A stretch of DNA of 64,000 nt from positions 124,001-188,000 of the IMG/VR virus record IMGVR_UViG_3300035703_000006; one strand, 5' to 3'. The notes beneath the pieces were generated by a model that ran no database searches, was not told the origin of the DNA, and was given only the letters and a program-made list of their open reading frames with translations. Numbering within the stretch: position 1 is the first letter of the stretch; each line of letters opens with the position of its first letter. The translations under genes were made by a program, and so were the position numbers. Below, in pieces: positions 53,461-61,500 of the stretch.

Positions 53461-55248
53461 ATGGATAATATTAAAGTAAGAGTAGGAACAAATAATGCTA
53501 TAAAGGTAATTTCATCAAATTTTGCTGATGTAGTACAGATTAATTCTGATTATGTAGTTTCAAATATCTTATATGTCACAGAAGACGGAAATGATTCCAA
53601 CACAGGAAAAAAACTCGGAGAAGCAAAAGCAACTATCGCAGCAGCAGTTGGAATTGCAACAGAGGGAACTGTTATTAAAGTTAGTGCTGGAACTTACATA
53701 GAAAATAATCCAATTTCTTTACCAAAACAAATCAGTATTGTTGGAGACAATTTAAGAGAAGTTACAATTATTCCACAGAATGCAAATGCTGATTTATTTT
53801 ACGTCAATAATGGAAATTATATCTCAAACGTATCATTTTCTGGAAGTTTGAATGCAGGAAAGGCAGTCTTTGCATTTGACCCAACCAAACCAACTTATAT
53901 CAATCAATCACCTTACGTTCAAAATTGTACTAATTTTATTCCAAATAGTATTGGATTAAAAGTCGATGGGTCTAAAGCAATTGGACCAACTAAAAGTATG
54001 GTCTTAGACTCATATACTCAATATAATCAAAATGGAATTGGTGCTTCAATTACCAATGAAGGGTATGCACAATTAGTGTCCATGTTCACTATTTGTAATG
54101 ATACTGCAGTTTATTGTGGTTCTGGTGGCGGTTGTGATTTGACCAATTCCAATTCATCCTTTGGAAATTATGCTTTAGTTGCCGATGGAGTAAGTGCTAA
54201 AAAATATACAGGAATTGTTACTGTAGAAGCATCTGAAAATTCAGATACTTTTGTTTTAAATTTAAATACACCAACACTAAATGTTACAAATGCAGTTTAT
54301 GATAATGTGACTGGATTGACAACAATCACAGTCAGTCAAAGTCATAATTTTAATGTTGGAATGGGAGTTTCAATAAGTAATCTTATTTTCTCTTGTTCTT
54401 CGGGTGGTGGAGTTGCTGCTTTCCCATCAGGAAACAATGGTTATATTTTTGAAGTTGCAAATATTCCAACATCAACCTCCTTTGAAGTATATGTTGGGGT
54501 TTCCACAATTCAACATACTTATGTTTCCGGAGGAACTACAAAAGTAAATGCTGTTCGTCCATTTGATGGGCAAGTTGTTTATTTTGGACAATCCTATTAT
54601 ACAGTTGGAAGTGTGAACGTAAGTTCTGGTGGAACTGGTTATACTGGAAATACATCCGTTATATTTTCTTCACCCGAAACCTCTTGGGGGATACCTGCTT
54701 CTGGAATTGCTGAAGTTAAAAATGGATCTGTAACTAAAGTTGAAATTGTATCTTCAGGAAGAGGGTATGGTTCAACTCCTCCAACATTAACTTTTGGTTC
54801 TCCAAATGTTGGAATAAATACTGCAATAGGAGTTGCTAATTTGATTCCATCTTATTATACAATTCAAAGTTCTACCCCTATTGTTTCTGGAATTTGTACA
54901 ATCACTTTGAATGATAGTGTTCCATTTAATGTTGGTATTGGCACTACGACTTTCTTCTTTAAGCAAAGTCGCATTTTGGCATCAGGTCATTCATTTGAAT
55001 ATATTGGGTCAGGAACAAATATTGCATCTGCTTTACCTGTAACTGGTGGTGTTGCAATTCAAGAAAACGAAATTGATATGAGAAATGGTGGTCTTGTAGT
55101 GTATACTTCAACCGACCAATCTGGAAATTTTAGAATAGGAGATGGTGTTACAATCAATCAACAAACAGGAACAATTAGTGGAACATTTTATTCTAAGAGT
55201 TTGTTTTCATCTATGACACCATTCATTTTAGCATTAGGAGGAGAATAA
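53461..55248 (+). CDS. Tail fibre anchor protein (module B), paralog of the C-terminal half of 33231..36662
   Basis: PYVQNCTNFIPNSIGLKVDG, VLDSYTQYNQNG, ASGHSFEYIG, VYTSTDQSGNFRIG. Confidence 0.85.
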   Translation: MDNIKVRVGTNNAIKVISSNFADVVQINSDYVVSNILYVTEDGNDSNTGKKLGEAKATIAAAVGIATEGTVIKVSAGTYIENNPISLPKQISIVGDNLREVTIIPQNANADLFYVNNGNYISNVSFSGSLNAGKAVFAFDPTKPTYINQSPYVQNCTNFIPNSIGLKVDGSKAIGPTKSMVLDSYTQYNQNGIGASITNEGYAQLVSMFTICNDTAVYCGSGGGCDLTNSNSSFGNYALVADGVSAKKYTGIVTVEASENSDTFVLNLNTPTLNVTNAVYDNVTGLTTITVSQSHNFNVGMGVSISNLIFSCSSGGGVAAFPSGNNGYIFEVANIPTSTSFEVYVGVSTIQHTYVSGGTTKVNAVRPFDGQVVYFGQSYYTVGSVNVSSGGTGYTGNTSVIFSSPETSWGIPASGIAEVKNGSVTKVEIVSSGRGYGSTPPTLTFGSPNVGINTAIGVANLIPSYYTIQSSTPIVSGICTITLNDSVPFNVGIGTTTFFFKQSRILASGHSFEYIGSGTNIASALPVTGGVAIQENEIDMRNGGLVVYTSTDQSGNFRIGDGVTINQQTGTISGTFYSKSLFSSMTPFILALGGE

Positions 55249-55250
55249 GA

Positions 55251-55580
55251 ATGGCACTACCATTAAATGTATTCCAGACAGTTACCGCAGTTGTATCTAC
55301 AAGTCCAACGGAAGTTTATACTGCTCCAGTCGGGTATACTGGGGTTGTTCTTTTAGCACAAGTTGCAAATATTGGAGCATCATCTCAAGATATTACAATG
55401 CTCCATCGTAGAAGTGTAACTGATACTGAGATGTTAAAGGCATATCCAGTTGCGGGAAATGATACAATAAATCTTCTTTCTGGAAAATTGGTTCTTGAAA
55501 GTGGAGATAAATTAGTTATATCTGGTAGTAATGCAACTGATCTGAAACTTGTTGCAAGTATTTTAGAAACACTTAACTAA
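55251..55580 (+). CDS. Small virion adaptor-like protein (module B)
   Basis: Paralog of 36664..37017. Confidence 0.8.
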   Translation: MALPLNVFQTVTAVVSTSPTEVYTAPVGYTGVVLLAQVANIGASSQDITMLHRRSVTDTEMLKAYPVAGNDTINLLSGKLVLESGDKLVISGSNATDLKLVASILETLN

Positions 55581-55592
55581 TATTAAATAAAA

Positions 55593-58500
55593 ATGGCAAA
55601 GTACCTCAGCAATCGTCAAAAGAACTTTAAGATTGGTATAAGTTCTTATACAGAAGGAAAAACGGTACTTGAAGTTTCTGGAAATGTTGGCATTGGAACA
55701 ACAAATTCTGGTGGAAGAAGTTTATATGTAATTGGAGATGGTGAATTTACTGGCATTTTAACTGCAAATAGAATTTTTAGTTCAGTTTATGGTGAATTTA
55801 TAGGAGGAATAACAGGAACAAATATTGTAGGTACTTCATTATCTATTTCTGGAATTTCAACTCTCGGTATTACAAGTATTTCTCAACTTTATGTTTCTGG
55901 AATCACTACTTTAGCATCTGATGGTGGTATTACAACAACTGGTGGTAATTTATATGTTGGTCAGAATTTACAAGTTGCAGGAACTTCTAATTTTATAGGA
56001 ACTGCAATTTTTAGAGGTGGGACCATAGGAATTGGTGATTCGATTTCTGATAATATAGATGTTGGTGGTGAATTTATATCAAATTTAGTTCCAAGTGATG
56101 ATGGACTTTATGATCTTGGAATTGATGGAAAAAGATGGAGAAATGCAAAATTTTCTGATTTAACTACAACTACAGATCTTTATGTTTCTGGTGTTGGAAC
56201 TATACAAAACTTAGTTACAGCAAATGCAACATTAACTAATATTAATTCTACTGGAATTAGTACATTTGGGATTACTGAAATATCAGTTAATAGTTCTTCT
56301 AACGCATTAACGATCACTCAAACTGGATCTGGAAATGCTTTAGTTGTTCAACCAAATGCTAATGGTTTAGTTGTCACTGATAATGGATTTGTTGGAATTA
56401 GAAATTTAACTCCTGGAGAAGCACTTCAAGTTGGTGGAAATTTAAGAATAGGGTCTTCAGAGTCAAATTACATTGCATTCCGAGGGACTAGTGGAGATGG
56501 TGCCGGAGAATTTGATCATACTTATATTGGCGAAAGAGTTTATGAACCAGGCACAGAATTATCTGAACTTTTTATTTTTAAAGGAAATGATCCTGATACT
56601 CCATCGGTAGGTCCAGATAGAATTAGATTAGCCGCTGCAGAAATTAGATTAGATACTTATACTATAACCACACCATTATATGGTCCTTTTGAAGATGCTG
56701 CTACTTCAGTAAATTTAGACACAAGAGTCATTATAAAGGACCATGGATTTGTTGGCATAGGGACAACAGAACCATCAACACTTCTTGATGTATATGGTGG
56801 ATTTAATGTAAGTGGCATTGGAACTATAGCAACTTTAGATGTCACTACAGGTACTATTGATTACTTATCGGGAACTAATGTCTTTTGTAGTGGTATTACT
56901 ACCTTAGGCACTTTAGGTGTCACTGGTCTTACTACAACTCAAAATCTTCAAGTTATTGGAGTATCAACACTTGGAGTTACAAGTGCTACGAATCTAATAA
57001 CACAACAACTAAATGTCTCTGGAATTTCTACTTTTATTGGTGGAATTACTGGTACAATTTCTACAGCAACAAAATTAGAAAACTCTAGAACATTTGAAAT
57101 TACTGGTGATATTGTTGCATCACCAATTAGTTTTGATGGAACTGGTAATGTATCTTTAGCAGCAACAATACAACCAAATTCTGTTGCTTTGGGTGGTGAT
57201 ACTACTGGAGATTATGTTCAGATAATTTCTGGAACTGCAAATCAAATCACAATAACTGGTGGAACTGGAGAAAGTTCTACTCCAGTAGTTGCTTTTGCTC
57301 CAAATCCAACAATTCCAGGAAATGTAACAATTGGAAATGATTTGCAGGTTAATAATAATTTAAATGTAACAGGTAATATTACTGTTGGTGGAACAACTGG
57401 TTATATTATTGTTGAAGATTTTAGAGTCACTGATGCTGATATAACTCTTGGTTTTACGACTGATTCTTATGGAAATGATAATTCTACCGATACTACCGCA
57501 AATCATGGTGGTATTGCGATTGCGTCAACTGAAGGAAATCCTTTAGTTCAACTTGTTAATGTTGCAATTGGTGAATCATTACCTGCCACATACAAGAAAT
57601 TTATGTGGTTCAAGGCAGGTGCTTTTTCTGGACTGAATACAGATGCCTGGTTGAGCAATTATGCAATTGGTATTGGATCTACTCAGTTTCCATCAGGAAC
57701 AATACTTTCTGTTGGAAATGTTCAATTCAATCAAAATGATTTATCAGTTATAAGAAATATTAATGCTTCTGGTGTTGTAACCGCAACTAGATTCATTGGT
57801 ACTGCAACTAGTCTTGATATTGATGGTCTCACAACAATTGCTGATCCCCAAGGTAGTGATTTTATTGCACTTTATGATGTAAGTGGAGCAGTTGTAGGTA
57901 AAGCAACAATACAGAATGCAGCACTTCAGGGCACTCAAGGTACTCAAGGACTTCAAGGAACTCAGGGAACACAAGGAACTCAAGGAACCCAAGGTCTTCA
58001 GGGCACTCAAGGCACTCAAGGAACTCAAGGCACTCAGGGAACCCAAGGTCTTCAGGGAACCCAAGGTCTTCAGGGCACTCAAGGAACTCAAGGAACTCAA
58101 GGAACTCAAGGAACTCAAGGAACTCAAGGCACACAGGGTACTCAAGGAACTCAAGGAACTCAAGGTCTCCAGGGTACACAGGGCACACAGGGTACTCAAG
58201 GTACACAGGGTCTCCAGGGAACTCAAGGAACTCAAGGCACACAGGGCACTCAAGGTACACAGGGTCTCCAGGGAACTCAAGGAACTCAAGGCACACAGGG
58301 CACTCAAGGAACTCAAGGTCTCCAGGGAACTCAAGGAACTCAAGGAACACAGGGCACTCAAGGACTTCAAGGAACTCAAGGAACTCAAGGAACTCAAGGA
58401 ACACAGGGAACTCAAGGTACTCAAGGAACACAGGGCACACAGGGAACTCAAGGTCTCCAAGGAACTCAAGGAACTCAAGGAACTCAAGGAACTCAAGGTC

Positions 58501-61500
58501 TCCAGGGTACTCAGGGAACTCAAGGTACACAAGGAACTCAAGGTTTACAAGGACTTCAAGGAACTCAAGGAACACAGGGTACTCAAGGTACTCAAGGTAC
58601 TCAAGGAACTCAAGGTTTACAAGGTCTTCAGGGAACTCAAGGTCTTCAGGGAACTCAAGGTCTTCAGGGTACACAAGGAACTCAAGGAACTCAAGGAACT
58701 CAAGGAACTCAAGGTACTCAAGGTACACAAGGAACTCAAGGTACTCAAGGTACTCAAGGTACTCAAGGTACTCAAGGTACTCAAGGTACTCAAGGTACTC
58801 AGGGAACTACTGGACCAGTAGCAGGTTCTGCAAATCAAGTTGTTTACAAAGATGGTTCCAATAATCCCGCAGGTTCTAATAATTTAACTTTTGATGGAAC
58901 TGCTCTTTATGTAAATCAAATTACTGGACCAACAGAACTCATAATAGACCCAACTGCAATTGGAGATAATACAGGTGCAGTTAGAATTAAAGGCGATTTA
59001 TATGTTGATGGCAATCAAACTTATATTAATTCTACAACTATTGAACTTGCTGATTTCAATGTTGGTGTTGCTACAACAATAGGAACTAATTTACTTCTTG
59101 ATGGTGCTGGTATTGGAATTGGTTCTACTGGAATTCGTAAAACTTTAACTTATGATTATATAAATGATTCATTAAAATCGAGTGAAAATGTTAATATTGC
59201 TATAGGAAAAACTTATAAAATTGATGGAACTGATGTACTAAGTTCTACGACTCTTGGTGCTGGTGTAACTATTTCAAATATAAGAAGTGTAAATCCAGGA
59301 TTAATTTTTGATAGAACTACATATTCACCAACTTCAGATGATTATTTGTTAATTTATGATAATGCCGATAATCAACTGAAAAAAGCAACAATTCAAAATG
59401 CTGCTTTACAGGGTATTCAAGGTACTCAAGGTCTTCAAGGAACTCAAGGAACACAGGGTACTCAAGGTTTACAAGGTCTTCAGGGAACACAGGGCACTCA
59501 AGGAACTCAGGGAACTCAAGGTACTCAGGGAACTCAAGGTACACAAGGAACTCAAGGTTTACAAGGACTTCAAGGAACTCAAGGTACACAAGGAACTCAA
59601 GGTTTACAAGGACTTCAAGGAACTCAAGGTACACAAGGAACTCAAGGTACTCAAGGTACACAAGGAACTCAAGGTACTCAAGGTACTCAAGGTACTCAAG
59701 GTACTCAAGGAACTCAAGGTACACAAGGAACTCAAGGTACTCAAGGTACACAAGGAACTCAAGGTACTCAAGGTACTCAAGGTACTCAAGGTACTCAAGG
59801 AACTCAAGGTTTACAAGGTCTTCAGGGAACTCAAGGTCTTCAGGGAACTCAAGGTCTTCAGGGAACTCAAGGTACACAAGGAACTCAAGGTACACAAGGA
59901 ACTCAAGGTCTTCAAGGTCTTCAAGGACTTCAAGGCACTCAAGGAACACAGGGTACTCAAGGAACACAGGGTACTCAAGGTACTCAAGGACTTCAAGGTA
60001 CTCAAGGTACACAGGGAACTCAAGGAACTCAAGGTACACAGGGAACTCAAGGAACTCAAGGTACACAGGGAACTCAAGGTACACAGGGAACTCAAGGTAC
60101 ACAGGGAACTCAAGGAACTCAAGGAACTCAAGGTCTTCAAGGAACTCAAGGAACACAGGGTACTCAAGGTTTACAAGGTCTTCAGGGAACACAGGGCACT
60201 CAAGGAACTCAGGGAACTCAAGGTACTCAGGGAACTCAAGGTACACAAGGAACTCAAGGTTTACAAGGACTTCAAGGAACTCAAGGTACACAAGGAACTC
60301 AAGGTTTACAAGGACTTCAAGGAACTCAAGGTACACAGGGCACTCAAGGTACACAGGGCACTCAAGGTACACAGGGCACTCAAGGTACTCAAGGTACTCA
60401 AGGTACTCAAGGCACTCAAGGTACTCAAGGTACTCAAGGTACTCAAGGTACTCAAGGCACTCAAGGTACTCAAGGCACTCAAGGACTTCAAGGAACTCAA
60501 GGACTTCAAGGAACTCAAGGAACACAGGGAACTCAAGGTCTCCAAGGCACACAGGGCACACAGGGAACTCAAGGTCTCCAAGGTACTCAAGGAACTCAAG
60601 GAACTCAAGGTCTCCAGGGTACTCAAGGTACACAGGGAACTCAAGGAACTCAAGGTCTCCAGGGTACTCAGGGAACTCAAGGTACACAAGGAACTCAAGG
60701 TTTACAAGGACTTCAAGGAACTCAAGGAACACAGGGTACTCAAGGTACTCAAGGTACTCAAGGAACACAGGGCACACAGGGAACTCAAGGTCCCCAAGGT
60801 ACTCAAGGAACTCAAGGAACTCAAGGAACTCAAGGTCTTCAGGGAACTCAAGGAACTCAAGGAACTCAAGGAACTCAAGGTACACAAGGAACACAGGGTA
60901 CTCAAGGAACACAGGGTACTCAAGGTACTCAAGGTACTCAAGGAACACAGGGCACACAGGGAACTCAAGGTCTCCAAGGTACTCAAGGAACTCAAGGTCT
61001 TCAGGGAACTCAAGGAACTCAAGGAACTCAAGGTACACAAGGAACTCAAGGTATCACTGGGCCAGTAGCAGGTTCTGCAAATCAAATTATTTTCAAAGAC
61101 ATCTCCAATAATCCAACTGGTTCTGGTAATTTAACTTTTGATGGATCTAATCTTTATGTCGGTGGAAATGTAACGATTGGTGGTACTAGTGTTCTTATTG
61201 CTGCCAATACTTTAACTGTAAAAGATAAAGATATTATTGTTGGACTTGCAACAACTGCTGGTGGAGTTGTAATTTCCAATGACACAACAGCAAATCATGG
61301 TGGTATTGCTGTTGCTTCTACCGAAGGAAATCCACTAATTGATATTAATGCTGGTGTTGGTACTGATGATATTCCATCCACATATAAGCAACTTATGTGG
61401 ATTAAGGCAGGCACTTTTACTGGTTTGAATACTGATGCGTGGATATCAAACTATGCAGTTGGTGTTGGTACTTTTGATCTTTCCAATGGAGTAAGATTTG

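Noticed and set aside
40324-61068. Long +1-frame (ELK/VLK)n ORFs (40324, 41251, 57916, 59398), three starting at an ATG just before a collagen block
   Set aside because: The 9-bp repeat has no stop in that frame. The ATG arises from the AAT-GCN (Asn-Ala) codons of the conserved QNAALQG cap, and no SD is present. Treated as shadow ORFs; ribosome profiling would be decisive.
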